64,000 bases of DNA from Thermofilaceae archaeon (GTDB lineage: Archaea > Thermoproteota > Thermoprotei > Thermofilales > Thermofilaceae): the NCBI GenBank assembly GCA_038861545.1, contig JAWCCZ010000001.1:352001-416000 (forward strand), written 5' to 3'. Below, piece after piece: positions 1 through 9,557 of the stretch. The notes beneath the pieces are model-generated. The model was not told the DNA's origin. It ran no database searches and saw only the letters and a program-made list of their open reading frames with translations. The position numbers and the translations under genes were made by a program. Each line of letters starts with the position of its first letter. Positions within the stretch are counted from its first letter, which is position 1.

Positions 1-377
1 TCGAAGTTTTCTCGAGTATAGCTTCAGGTCCAGAGCTATCTCTCCTTGATGAGAAGATTATAGCCAGCATAAGCGGATACATTATAGCTGGAGCAGTGAT
101 TATGGCTGCGGGTAACGTGTTCGAGGGTGTAGCTTCTCTTGATCTAGGATTCTCAACGAAGGAAAATGTGTTAATAGTAGGCTCACTACTTTACCTGGTA
201 TCGGTTACGGTATCGGTTTTATCTCAAGTGAGCCGAGAGCTTGGGATTATAAGCCCTATAGTTTCATTAGCAGGCAATGTTTTTCTCGTCGCGGGGTATC
301 ATACCGCTAAGAAGCATTTTATCGTCTCTTCACCGCAAACTGCTGCGGCTACAGTAGCTCAAGGAAGCGGCGGTTGA
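1..377 (+). CDS. 5'-truncated hydrophobic membrane protein, function unknown
   Basis: Frame is open from position 3 (EVFSSIASGPELSLLDEKIIASISGYIIAGAVIM...) to TGA at 375-377; several hydrophobic helices; abuts sppA. Confidence 0.7.
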   Translation, partial: EVFSSIASGPELSLLDEKIIASISGYIIAGAVIMAAGNVFEGVASLDLGFSTKENVLIVGSLLYLVSVTVSVLSQVSRELGIISPIVSLAGNVFLVAGYHTAKKHFIVSSPQTAAATVAQGSGG

Positions 378-378
378 C

Positions 379-1317
379 ATGGAGTTAAATGAAAAGAAAC
401 TCATAGCTATAAGCGTAGTCATACTCACACTCATCGCAGCGCTGGCTTTCTTATTGGCTCAGGCTACACTACCAGAATCGCAGTTCACACCATCTACGGG
501 TTACATTGCCGTGATTAAAATTGAGGGGACAATCGCATACCAGACTTCTCAGTTGACGCTCTTCGGTGCTGCGTCAAACCCTGACAGTATATCCGACTTG
601 ATCGATCGTGCGCGGAAAGATAATTTTGCAAAAGCAGTGGTTCTCTGCATTGATAGCCCAGGCGGGTCAGCTGCCGCCTCAGAGGCTTTGTATTTTAAAG
701 TAAAGGAGCTTGCGAGCTCAAAACCTGTGGTAGCATTTATTCGGGAATACGGGACTTCTGGAGCGTATATGGTAGCGCTTCCATCTAAATTCATAATAGC
801 GGCTAATAGCAGTATCGTCGGTTCAGTGGGAGTCTATACCTCTGTGCTCACCTACAATAGCCTTTTAGAAAAACTTGGCGTGAAGGTATATGTCTATAAG
901 TCCGGCGAGCTGAAGGATATTGGTTCACCTTACAGAGAGCCAACGCAAGAAGAGATGGAAATTTTCGAGAAAATGGTTTCCGAGATCTTCTCCTCTTTTA
1001 AGGAACGCGTCCTAGCCCACAGGAATATAACCAACTCAGACGAGGTTTTTAGCGGGAGACCATTTACAGCTAGGGAGGCTTTAAAGCTAGGTCTAGTGGA
1101 TCGCGTTGGAACATATAATGATGCAATAGCTTTAGCACGGAATCTAGCAGGACTACCTGCAGATACTCCAGTACGCGAGCTTACTCCCCCGAGACCAGGG
1201 CTACTTCAACTCTTACTGAGTGGTATTTCCTACTATCAGAAGCCACCAGTTGTACCGAGCGTCGAAATTTTAACCGTCTGGCCTCCCCTTACAGGTCTTC
1301 AAGCTTTTCCAGACTAG
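379..1317 (+). CDS. sppA: Signal peptide peptidase SppA (S49 family)
   Basis: N-terminal TM; motifs IDSPGGS, GTSGAY (catalytic Ser), VGSVGV, YKSGELKD, LGLVDRVG. Confidence 0.93.
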   Translation: MELNEKKLIAISVVILTLIAALAFLLAQATLPESQFTPSTGYIAVIKIEGTIAYQTSQLTLFGAASNPDSISDLIDRARKDNFAKAVVLCIDSPGGSAAASEALYFKVKELASSKPVVAFIREYGTSGAYMVALPSKFIIAANSSIVGSVGVYTSVLTYNSLLEKLGVKVYVYKSGELKDIGSPYREPTQEEMEIFEKMVSEIFSSFKERVLAHRNITNSDEVFSGRPFTAREALKLGLVDRVGTYNDAIALARNLAGLPADTPVRELTPPRPGLLQLLLSGISYYQKPPVVPSVEILTVWPPLTGLQAFPD

Positions 1318-2011
1318 CCAGTAACCTCGAAGGCATGAAGTTAGAGCGAAGCAAAGCTTCGCCGTATGTAGCTCCGATAAGGTATCCCCTAATCTTTGCT
1401 AACCCTTCAACATAATTTAATATGTCCCCGAGTACAGATATCTGAGATTCATAGCAACGAAGTGCTTCTGTTTTCCTCTGGAAAGTTTGAGTTATATCAG
1501 TTATGTGTGTGGGCCGAGTAAAGAGCTCAAAAATCTCGTAGAAGAACAGCGCTTCACCCCTCCAGGGTTGACCCAAGTCTACTAGAACATTTTCTGAAGC
1601 TTTCCACCATGCTTCCTCGACGATCTGTGAAACCGCCCTGTGATCCCTATGTTTATCCTCATAGTAGTGAGTAAAGATAGCAAAAGGTTTGACCTGCCGA
1701 ATCAATCTTACTACACGTTGATAGATGGCGCGGTCATTGATAACGCCTTGGGTAGGTATACCCAAGCCTATCCGCTCCTTTATACCTAAAGTTTTATCGG
1801 CAGCTTCAGCTTCACGCCTTCTCATTTCTTCAATTTTTACTTTCCACTCCACTTGAGAATACCCTGTGTCACCCCACTCAGCTTGTTTACTCCAACAGAA
1901 AGTAACCACGTAGACCTCGTAGCCTACTTCGCTTAATAGCGCTATTGTACCGCCCAATCCTATTGTCTCATCATCCGAATGGGCACCAAAGACCATTATT
2001 CTTTTTGTCAA
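1289..2011 (-). CDS. PIG-L/LmbE family N-acetylglucosaminyl deacetylase
   Basis: GAHSDDE and HRDH metal motifs, RRREA, DIT...K..AL..Y.SQ. Confidence 0.88.
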   Translation of the reverse strand: MTKRIMVFGAHSDDETIGLGGTIALLSEVGYEVYVVTFCWSKQAEWGDTGYSQVEWKVKIEEMRRREAEAADKTLGIKERIGLGIPTQGVINDRAIYQRVVRLIRQVKPFAIFTHYYEDKHRDHRAVSQIVEEAWWKASENVLVDLGQPWRGEALFFYEIFELFTRPTHITDITQTFQRKTEALRCYESQISVLGDILNYVEGLAKIRGYLIGATYGEALLRSNFMPSRLLASLEKLEDL

Positions 2012-2128
2012 ACTGGAACCCCGGTTAGTGAAAATTATCGGAATTTATACTTCATTCTTTAGGGCTTTGATTAAGTGCGCGGTCAAGTGTTAAACGTTTA
2101 TTAGGTACCAGGCTGCAAAATGTGCTAA

Positions 2129-3886
2129 GTGGTTATGAGTAACAACCCCTTCGCCGAGACTGAGCTTTACCGTAGGGTATCCCAAAGACTAATAGGAAGA
2201 ATTAAAGAAGTGAGTGTCGTCTTAGCAGCTCTCGCAGCGGGTAAAAATATCCTTCTATTGGGACCACCAGGCACGTCTAAATCAACACTGCTTAAGGTAA
2301 TCGCGGAGGAATCAAATGTGCCTTTTTTGTAGTGGAAGGCTCCGCTGACTTAACGCCACAAAAGCTTGTAGGGATTTTTAACCCGGCTAAAGTTATGGAG
2401 CAAGGCTTTAAACCGGAGTTCTTCGAACCAGGTCCTCTTATTCAGGCTATGGTATCCGGCGGTCTTCTCTACATTGAGGAGTTTAATAGGATGCCTGAGG
2501 ATGCCGCAAACGTGCCTATAAGGGCTGCCGAAGAAGGCGAGATCTCAGTACCTAGGTTGGGGACCATAAGGGCGAAACCGGTTTTCAGGATTGTGTGCGC
2601 GATGAACCCGTATGATGACGTTGGGACAAGCAGAGTGAGTAGGGCTCTTCTTGATCGTTTTGTGATGTTACGTATGGACTATCAGAGTAGAGAGGAGGAG
2701 ATTGAAATAGTTAAACGGAAGACAGCTTCTCGCTTTGAGTGGTTGGTTCAGCTAGCGGTAGACCTAGCAAGGGCGACTAGGGATCATCCAGCCGTGCGAA
2801 TGGGGTCTTCGGTAAGAGGCGCTATTGACATGGTTCTCATAACTGAGCAGCTGATCCGGCTTAAAGGTGTAATTGTTCGTGAGGATCTGAGAACTACGGC
2901 ACGCATGGCTTTTTCCCCAAAAATATGGTTGAAAGATCCTACACGAAACCCGGAAAACATAATAGACGAACTTTTTGACCGCATGTTTGGAAGTGTAACT
3001 TTTAAGCAGGAAAATAATGGGAGTTCCCAGTTTGAAGAAGGTAAGAAATCCAACGATTTCACAGAGCTTTTCAAAGGCTCGCCCCAAAGAGTAGCGCTTG
3101 AATTGTTGGAAGATCCCAACTTAATTCAAGCAATGAAGGGTTTAGGTGTAAAAAGGCTTAGAGGCTATAAGTAAAGCTCTCCCCTTTCTTTCAAGCTCCC
3201 TTCGGAATGAAGCGAGAAGTATAGCGTGCGAGTTGATGGTTAAGTTATCCCAAGGCTATGCTGGAAAAAAGAGCTTAAGCAGAGCTGCCTGGAACGATGG
3301 GCTGGTTGACATTGATGTAGAGAAAACTCTCGAGAACGTGCTTGAATCACGCCTAAGGACGCCTGAACAAGTCGCAACGTTCGCGATGAGGAGAAGAGGA
3401 GTGGCCTACGCGCTGCTAGTAGATCATAGTTCTTCGATGAATGGGTTTAAGCTGTTACTAGGGGCCTTCATAGGTTCAGTGCTAGCCTACTCGGCCAGTA
3501 GAGTTCACGATTACTGTGTCTTAGCCTTTAACACAGAGGTTGAAATTTTAAAGCATTTACGTGAGAGGAGGGATCCGGAAAGCGTAGTAACATCAATTCT
3601 CGCGCTAGATGCTGAGGGCTACACGGATATCTATAAAGCTCTTGAAGCAGCCCGTTTTGAGCTGTTAAGCGCTGGATACGAGCCACGGGCGATACTCGTC
3701 ACCGATGCTGAGTGGACGGCGGGAGAGAGCCCTTTAAAAGTGGCTCCAATGTTCAGGGAACTTAACGTAGTATGTGTTCCGAGTAAATGGGTTGGCTTCG
3801 CTAAAACGATAGCCGAGCTGGGCAGAGGGTCGTTTACCCTTATTAGGTCTATTGAAGAAGTTCCAGAAAAACTAGGATTCTTGTAG
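2129..3886 (+). pseudogene. MoxR-like AAA+ ATPase fused to a VWA domain, broken by two compensating single-base indels (pseudogene or sequencing error)
   Basis: Walker A GPPGTSKS, Walker B LYIEEFNR, AMNP, ALLDRF, then MIDAS DHSSSM/YTDI/VTDAE. Adding one T to T6 at 2323-2328 and removing one A from A5 at 3150-3154 joins ORFs 2129, 2332 and 3233 into one ~585-aa frame. Confidence 0.8.
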
Positions 3887-4011
3887 TCATCGCAGCTACT
3901 ACAAACCGACTGCACAAGATCCTCAGTACAGAAGGTTAGTTGTTCTAACTTAGTAACCGAGTCCTCAAGAAAATAGATAACCATTTAATCGGAAGCCCCG
4001 TTGAAGCTTTG

Positions 4012-5025
4012 ATGAAACCCAAAGTATTCGTAACAAGGCAAATACCACACGAAGGGTTGAACCTTATTTCCAAGTACTACGAAGTAGAAGTCTGGGATTA
4101 TTATACTCCGCCGCCTCGGGGAATTCTTCTCGAGAAAACTAAGGAAATTGATGCACTAATAAGCCTGCTCACAGATAAGGTTGATAAGGAGTTACTTGAT
4201 CATTCGACTAGGTTAAGGATAATAGCGCAGTACGCTGTGGGCTACGATAATATTGATATAGAGTCCGCTACTCGAAGAGGGGTATATGTCACCAACACGC
4301 CAGGAGTTTTAACTGATGCAACAGCAGACCTAGCATGGGCTCTCCTTCTCGCAACAGCTAGGAGAGTAGTAGAAGCTGATAGGTTCGTTAGGGAAGGTAA
4401 TTATTGGCGTACTGGAACTGGTTGGCACCCGATGATGATGCTTGGCTACCACGTTACTGGTAAAACTTTAGGGATTATCGGGATGGGTAGGATAGGACAA
4501 GCAGTGGCTAAACGAGCGAAAGGCTTCGAAATGAAGATCTTATACTACCAAAGACATCGATTGCCAGAAGAGTTGGAGTATGAGTTAAGCGCAAAGTACG
4601 TTGGCCTTGACACTTTATTACAGGAGAGCGATTTCATAACTATTCATGTTCCTCTTACCAAGGAGACATATCACATGATTGGAGAACACCAGCTTCGCTT
4701 GATGAAGCCTACTGCTATTTTAGTTAACACTGCTAGGGGAGCCGTGATCGACACTGATGCTCTTATCAGAGCTTTAAAGGAAGGTTGGATCGCAGCTGCT
4801 GGCTTAGATGTGTTCGAAGAGGAACCACTTTCCCCAGATCATCCTCTTGCCCAGCTTAACAACGTTGTGCTGGCACCGCATATAGGCAGTGCTACGCATG
4901 AGACTAGGAGGAAGATGGCCGAAATTGTAGCACAAAACCTCATTGCATTCTATAAAGGGGAAGTTCCACCCAATTTAGTGAATAAAGAGGTTATAAATTA
5001 CAGCCCACCCGGTTTTAAATTATAA
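4012..5025 (+). CDS. gyaR: Glyoxylate reductase / D-2-hydroxyacid dehydrogenase
   Basis: [45 protein letters not shown]. Confidence 0.9.
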   Translation: MKPKVFVTRQIPHEGLNLISKYYEVEVWDYYTPPPRGILLEKTKEIDALISLLTDKVDKELLDHSTRLRIIAQYAVGYDNIDIESATRRGVYVTNTPGVLTDATADLAWALLLATARRVVEADRFVREGNYWRTGTGWHPMMMLGYHVTGKTLGIIGMGRIGQAVAKRAKGFEMKILYYQRHRLPEELEYELSAKYVGLDTLLQESDFITIHVPLTKETYHMIGEHQLRLMKPTAILVNTARGAVIDTDALIRALKEGWIAAAGLDVFEEEPLSPDHPLAQLNNVVLAPHIGSATHETRRKMAEIVAQNLIAFYKGEVPPNLVNKEVINYSPPGFKL

Positions 5026-5032
5026 AAATTAT

Positions 5033-6709
5033 TTAGACAATAATTGTTTGCAGGAATTCCTCAACACTTAAGGGGGCTGAGCTTAGATCTAAACCAAGTT
5101 TGAGATAAAGCCTGAGGGTTTGAGGCATTACAAGCCTACCTTCCTCTGCGCTTTTAGAAAGCATTACCTCTCTTGGAGACCCTTCAGCGATAACCAATCC
5201 GTTTTTCATGACTACAAGACGATTAGCATAGCGCGCGAATAGTGGAACAGAATGTGTTATGACAACTACAGCTCTTCCCTCATCTGCGAGTTTTCTAAGC
5301 ATTGAAGCAAGTGTTTCGCTAAACTTCATATCTTGACCTGTTGTTGGTTCATCGACGATTAGAACTTTAGGATTTAAGGCATACACGGAGGCTAACGCTA
5401 ATCTTCTCTTTTCGCCTTTACTCAGAAAGAAGGGATGCTCGTTCTCTAATCCAGTCAATCCGAAAAGTTTCAGAGCTTCCTCTACTCTCCTTTTAATTTC
5501 CTCATCTGAGAGTTTCCTGAGCCTTAACCCGAAAGCTATTTCTTCATGAACGGTTTTATTGAAAATCTGGTGATCCGGATTCTGGTACACGTAACTAACC
5601 AGCGAGGATAGTTGAAGCCTATCATACTCATCCAACTTTTTACCCAGCAGCTCGATTTTACCGCTTGTAGGTTGAAGCAAACCGCACATGGCTTTCGCCA
5701 GTGTCGTTTTTCCACTACCGTTAGGTCCTACAAGCGCTATCAGCTCGCCACTGTGCACCTCTAACGATGCACCCCGCAAAGCTTTAACACCATTAGGGTA
5801 TGCATAATGTACATCTATACATTTTAGGAGAACCTCTCTGAGCTGTTTATCCTCCATTTTTTCGGATTTTCTCACTCCTTTAACTAAATCTTTCAGGGTT
5901 TGAGCTACCTGTTCGAACCTATACATGTTTGAATTTAATCCCAATTTAGCAGCGATTTCCGCAGCTTCAGGCGGGTAAACGCCGTTTTCTCTTAACTCGC
6001 TGAACCTCGTTAATATTGATCCAGGGTCACCCTCCATTACTACGCGGCCGTTACCTAGAACCGCAACCCGGTCCGCGAATTCGGCGACGTGCTCTGACTC
6101 ATGATCAATTAAAATTATAGTTGTATCCAACTCGTCCCTAAGTCTCCTGATAGCCGATACAACTTCCTCCTTACCCACTGGATCCAAGTCCGATGTTGGC
6201 TCGTCAAGAACTAACACCTCCGGCTCTCGAGCGAGCGCTGTAGCTATTGCAACCCTTTGCTTTTCTCCGCCTGAAAGCTGAAGGGGGGATCTACCCAAGA
6301 AATCATTTGAAAGACCAACTAACTCTAAACTCCACGTAATTCTGTCCTTTATATCATCTCTATGTAACCCTAGAGGCTCCAATGCCAGTACAATCTCGTC
6401 CTCAACAGTGCTCATGACGAACTGTATCTCCGGGTCTTCAAAGACTATCGCTACTTTTCTAGCTAACTCAGTGACATCGCTTGACAGCGTATTTTCGCCG
6501 AAGATTTCAACTTTACCCTTAAACTCCCCTGGAATTCTTTGAGGTATAATTCCACTAATCGTCAGCGCCAACGTAGTCTTACCGGCCCCCGAGTGTCCCA
6601 TTATTGCAAAGAACTCTCCCTTTTCAACCTCTAGGCCCGCTCCCTTAAGCGCGTAATCTGATCTTCCTACATACCTCCACCATACGTCTTCAACGCGAAC
6701 AGCTTTCAT
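5033..6709 (-). CDS. ECF transporter tandem (fused) ATPase
   Basis: Two ABC cassettes (GHSGAGKT/LSGGEKQR/LDEPT and GPNGSGKT/LSKGEKRR/VDEPT); ATG at 6709 overlaps the ecfT stop (ATGA). Confidence 0.92.
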   Translation of the reverse strand: MKAVRVEDVWWRYVGRSDYALKGAGLEVEKGEFFAIMGHSGAGKTTLALTISGIIPQRIPGEFKGKVEIFGENTLSSDVTELARKVAIVFEDPEIQFVMSTVEDEIVLALEPLGLHRDDIKDRITWSLELVGLSNDFLGRSPLQLSGGEKQRVAIATALAREPEVLVLDEPTSDLDPVGKEEVVSAIRRLRDELDTTIILIDHESEHVAEFADRVAVLGNGRVVMEGDPGSILTRFSELRENGVYPPEAAEIAAKLGLNSNMYRFEQVAQTLKDLVKGVRKSEKMEDKQLREVLLKCIDVHYAYPNGVKALRGASLEVHSGELIALVGPNGSGKTTLAKAMCGLLQPTSGKIELLGKKLDEYDRLQLSSLVSYVYQNPDHQIFNKTVHEEIAFGLRLRKLSDEEIKRRVEEALKLFGLTGLENEHPFFLSKGEKRRLALASVYALNPKVLIVDEPTTGQDMKFSETLASMLRKLADEGRAVVVITHSVPLFARYANRLVVMKNGLVIAEGSPREVMLSKSAEEGRLVMPQTLRLYLKLGLDLSSAPLSVEEFLQTIIV

Positions 6710-7533
6710 GCTACCCACCACCATACAGCGTAAACTATTGATAAAAGTACCGAGACCACTATTACTAGGTAATCTTTATGCTTAAGGAAGTACTCATGAT
6801 ATGTTGACGAAGCCCTGCTACTAGGAGCTATACCTCTTGATTCAAGAGCCAGGGAAACCTCAAAGCTTCTTGTAATCATCAGCGATAAAAGAGGAATTAG
6901 AGCGTTAACATATAGAAGGAACCTCTTGGCTAGCGGTGTCTTTGCAAACTCTATACCCCTAGCCATCATAGCCTCTCTGACAGTGTAAAAGTCAGATACG
7001 AACATCTGGATTCCTCTAAAGAATAGTGAGGCAGCTACACATGCACCAAGGGGGAGTTTTAATGATCTGAGACCCCATACTAAATCTCGATCAGTTAACG
7101 TAGCAAGCAGTAACGTAGCTGAGAGAACCATAGCGAAGATTCTTAACACAAAAACGGTCGCATACATAAGCCCGGAGTCCGTAATCCGGATCTTCCATTC
7201 AAAGACACCTTTTTCCGCGTGAACACTCCACAGAACTGCCTCATAAAGCGGCCGTCCAGGTATATATGTGAACAACGAAAAAGTTAACACTATAAAAGCG
7301 CTCATACTAACTATCACCGCAATATACCTGTTTAGAGTTGACAGAGAAATACCAGCAGCGAAGCAAGATGCAGCGGCAATTAAGACTATGCTAAGAGCCG
7401 AAAGGGGGTCTTTTACAAATAAAATTGCAACAGATATAGAAAAAGGTAATGAAAATTTAGAAATAACATGCAAATTCATGTACCAGAATGATTTACTTTC
7501 TACACCTGCTAGTTCTCCTAGAATTGTTGGCAT
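6706..7533 (-). CDS. ecfT: ECF transporter transmembrane T component
   Basis: Polytopic protein with two X-R-G coupling motifs (MARG, ESRG); in an operon with the ECF ATPase. Confidence 0.9.
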   Translation of the reverse strand: MPTILGELAGVESKSFWYMNLHVISKFSLPFSISVAILFVKDPLSALSIVLIAAASCFAAGISLSTLNRYIAVIVSMSAFIVLTFSLFTYIPGRPLYEAVLWSVHAEKGVFEWKIRITDSGLMYATVFVLRIFAMVLSATLLLATLTDRDLVWGLRSLKLPLGACVAASLFFRGIQMFVSDFYTVREAMMARGIEFAKTPLAKRFLLYVNALIPLLSLMITRSFEVSLALESRGIAPSSRASSTYHEYFLKHKDYLVIVVSVLLSIVYAVWWWVA

Positions 7534-7536
7534 TAG

Positions 7537-8334
7537 CTATAGCCACCATCCCCTGACTAGCAGGCCGGTCCGCTTAAATACTGGAGTTAACGCGACGAGT
7601 AACGCTGTACCTAGAGCTGAGAGCACGATTAAGTCGCCTAGAACCCAACCGACAAAAACCGGCCAGAACAAGTCAGCTGGAAGCGGTGGCGGTACATTCC
7701 ACAACGTTAGGGAGCCGGCCCCCCATATCCCGCTGCAGATAGCCGAGCCGATAATGCCGCCTATTATCTGGGCTATCCAAGTTTTCGCGTGGCCAGCTAG
7801 CAGGCCCATCAATATGCCGATAGCAGCTAGCACGGTACCTAAGTATACGAGGGCTACATAAGCTGTGGTGAATGGTTCGCCGTAATACTGTCCCCATAGT
7901 ACTTGGATTACCACGCCAACTAGAATAAAGATTGAGCCCGTGGAGATGAATACGGGTAGGAGTTTGGCAGCTAAAGGTCTTTTAGCCGTGAAATCCGGAT
8001 CTACTTTCAAGGCCCTGAAGACTAGTGCAGGAACGAATGCCTCGATAAAGTCTGCCCAAGACCATATGAATGATTGGAGTGGAGTATAACCGCTGGGATA
8101 TAAACCTAGGAAGAAGCAGCTGATATAGCCGGCCAGACAACCCCACATGCCCATCCAGACTCCTAGGGGGACATAGATAGCCGCTGCTACATAGAGTGCC
8201 GATACTCCTGGGGCTCCAAGCACAGGGAATATCATGCTCGAGATTACTGCTAGTACATACGAAATCGCTGTTGCGAAAGCGAAAGTCACAATATGCATCC
8301 AGCTTAATCTACGTTTAACAACATTTTTTTCCAT
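7537..8334 (-). CDS. ECF transporter substrate-binding S component, substrate unknown
   Basis: About 7 TM helices; first gene of the S-T-AA operon, 3 nt from ecfT. Confidence 0.75.
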   Translation of the reverse strand: MEKNVVKRRLSWMHIVTFAFATAISYVLAVISSMIFPVLGAPGVSALYVAAAIYVPLGVWMGMWGCLAGYISCFFLGLYPSGYTPLQSFIWSWADFIEAFVPALVFRALKVDPDFTAKRPLAAKLLPVFISTGSIFILVGVVIQVLWGQYYGEPFTTAYVALVYLGTVLAAIGILMGLLAGHAKTWIAQIIGGIIGSAICSGIWGAGSLTLWNVPPPLPADLFWPVFVGWVLGDLIVLSALGTALLVALTPVFKRTGLLVRGWWL

Positions 8335-8422
8335 GTTTTTTCGAGCGCTGGTCTTGATAAATACTTAAATTTGTTTCGTTGATACAAAATGTATTTTAAT
8401 CAGAAATTATCAAGTTTTACTA

Positions 8423-9160
8423 ATGCGGAAGCACGAGTCGGGTAAGGTTCAGCTACTAGCAGCAGAATCTTTGAGAGCTTTAAGAGGCTTTATGAGCGGA
8501 AAGGAGGTTCTTGGACTCCTTAAAGAAAGTGGGTTGCACTTAACACCGGTTGACCTTAGTAGGTATGTTACTGGTGCAGTTCTTCCAAGTACACAGAGGG
8601 CGCTTGAAATAATTCAACTCTTAGCTGAAAAGAATGCGTTGGGTATTGCGATTAAAAGGTCGTTGGTTGTAGACGAAAAGGGGGTAGTGAATATACCAAG
8701 AGTAGCTTATGATACGAAAATATTACGTTTAGCGGCTGCAAGAGCATATTTTGAAATCGGTAACTCGGAGATAGATAAGGTCTTAACAGCTGCGGTTAAC
8801 GGTTTACCTTTAGCTGCTTTCATAGCAGACGCGCTCGACATTGATCTTTGCGTAGCTAGACAGGAAGTGGAGCCTGGAATTGATAATTATATAGAAGCTA
8901 AGTACTTTGCACCAGATCCTCCACGCTACACACGCCTTTATCTACCTTCTTTTATGTTAGGGAACTCAGATAGAATAATTGTCGTTGATGATCTTCTTCG
9001 GACGGGAAGAACTTTAAAAGCGCTCTACGAACTCGCGTCGGCCAAAGGTGCATCTGTTGAAGCAGTCTTATCTTTAGTTGCGGTTGGAGAAGAGTGGAGA
9101 CGAGCAGTTCCTGAAGGTACTAAAGTTATAATAGGAATCGAGGTAAAAAAATCATCATAA
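8423..9160 (+). CDS. HTH + phosphoribosyltransferase-domain protein (PurR-like regulator or PRT)
   Basis: N-terminal HTH-like segment (DLSRYVTGAVLPS), PRPP-binding loop VVDDLLRTGRTL. Confidence 0.8.
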   Translation: MRKHESGKVQLLAAESLRALRGFMSGKEVLGLLKESGLHLTPVDLSRYVTGAVLPSTQRALEIIQLLAEKNALGIAIKRSLVVDEKGVVNIPRVAYDTKILRLAAARAYFEIGNSEIDKVLTAAVNGLPLAAFIADALDIDLCVARQEVEPGIDNYIEAKYFAPDPPRYTRLYLPSFMLGNSDRIIVVDDLLRTGRTLKALYELASAKGASVEAVLSLVAVGEEWRRAVPEGTKVIIGIEVKKSS

Positions 9161-9210
9161 TAATGGTTCTGTGATTTCATCACACTCATATAAGATCTTC
9201 AATATTTTTC

Positions 9211-9310
9211 AACCATAGTCGCTTCCTCGAAGATCAAGCCCACACGTATATCTTCATAGTTTTCTTGAATGCGTTCTCAGCCAGTTGCTTCAGAGAAAAC
9301 GACTATGGTT
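9211..9310 (-). repeat. Long imperfect inverted repeat / structured RNA hairpin (~22-bp stem)
   Basis: AACCATAGTCG (9211-9221) is the exact reverse complement of CGACTATGGTT (9300-9310); on the minus strand the stem continues TTTTCTC/GAGGAAG with two G-U pairs, a 1-nt bulge and GAAG/CTTC. Confidence 0.75.
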
Positions 9311-9325
9311 TTATTGTTTTCGTTT

Positions 9326-9472
9326 TCACCTAAGGAGTAACGCAAGCAAAGATGAAGATAGTAAGAGCAGTACTAGAAGTAAGACAACCCATCTCATTGC
9401 TTGTTTTTCTTGCCTTTTTCGTTCACGCTTCCTCCTTTCCATCTCAGCCCGCAGTTTATCGGAATTTGACAT
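9326..9472 (-). CDS. Small 48-aa membrane protein (charged N-terminus, C-terminal TM helix), not in ORF track
   Basis: ATG 9472 to TGA 9326: MSNSDKLRAEMERRKRERKRQEKQAMRWVVLLLVLLLLSSSLLALLLR. Confidence 0.65.
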   Translation of the reverse strand: MSNSDKLRAEMERRKRERKRQEKQAMRWVVLLLVLLLLSSSLLALLLR

Positions 9473-9557
9473 ATAATCGCCTTCTCTACATGTTTAACTG
9501 GCCAGTATAACTTTTTCGCTTCCAAAAGAATATAGTTCTCTTTCAACTAAATACCGA

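Noticed and set aside
7268-7861. 197-aa plus-strand ORF and the many other short antisense or nested ORFs in the track
   Set aside because: Shadows of well-supported genes on the opposite strand or in another frame, with no motifs
9140-9190. Second C/D sRNA (two TGATGA boxes on minus strand)
   Set aside because: No D or D' box at proper spacing and no terminal stem
9285-9476. 63-aa plus-strand ORF
   Set aside because: Antisense shadow of the more plausible 48-aa minus-strand membrane peptide
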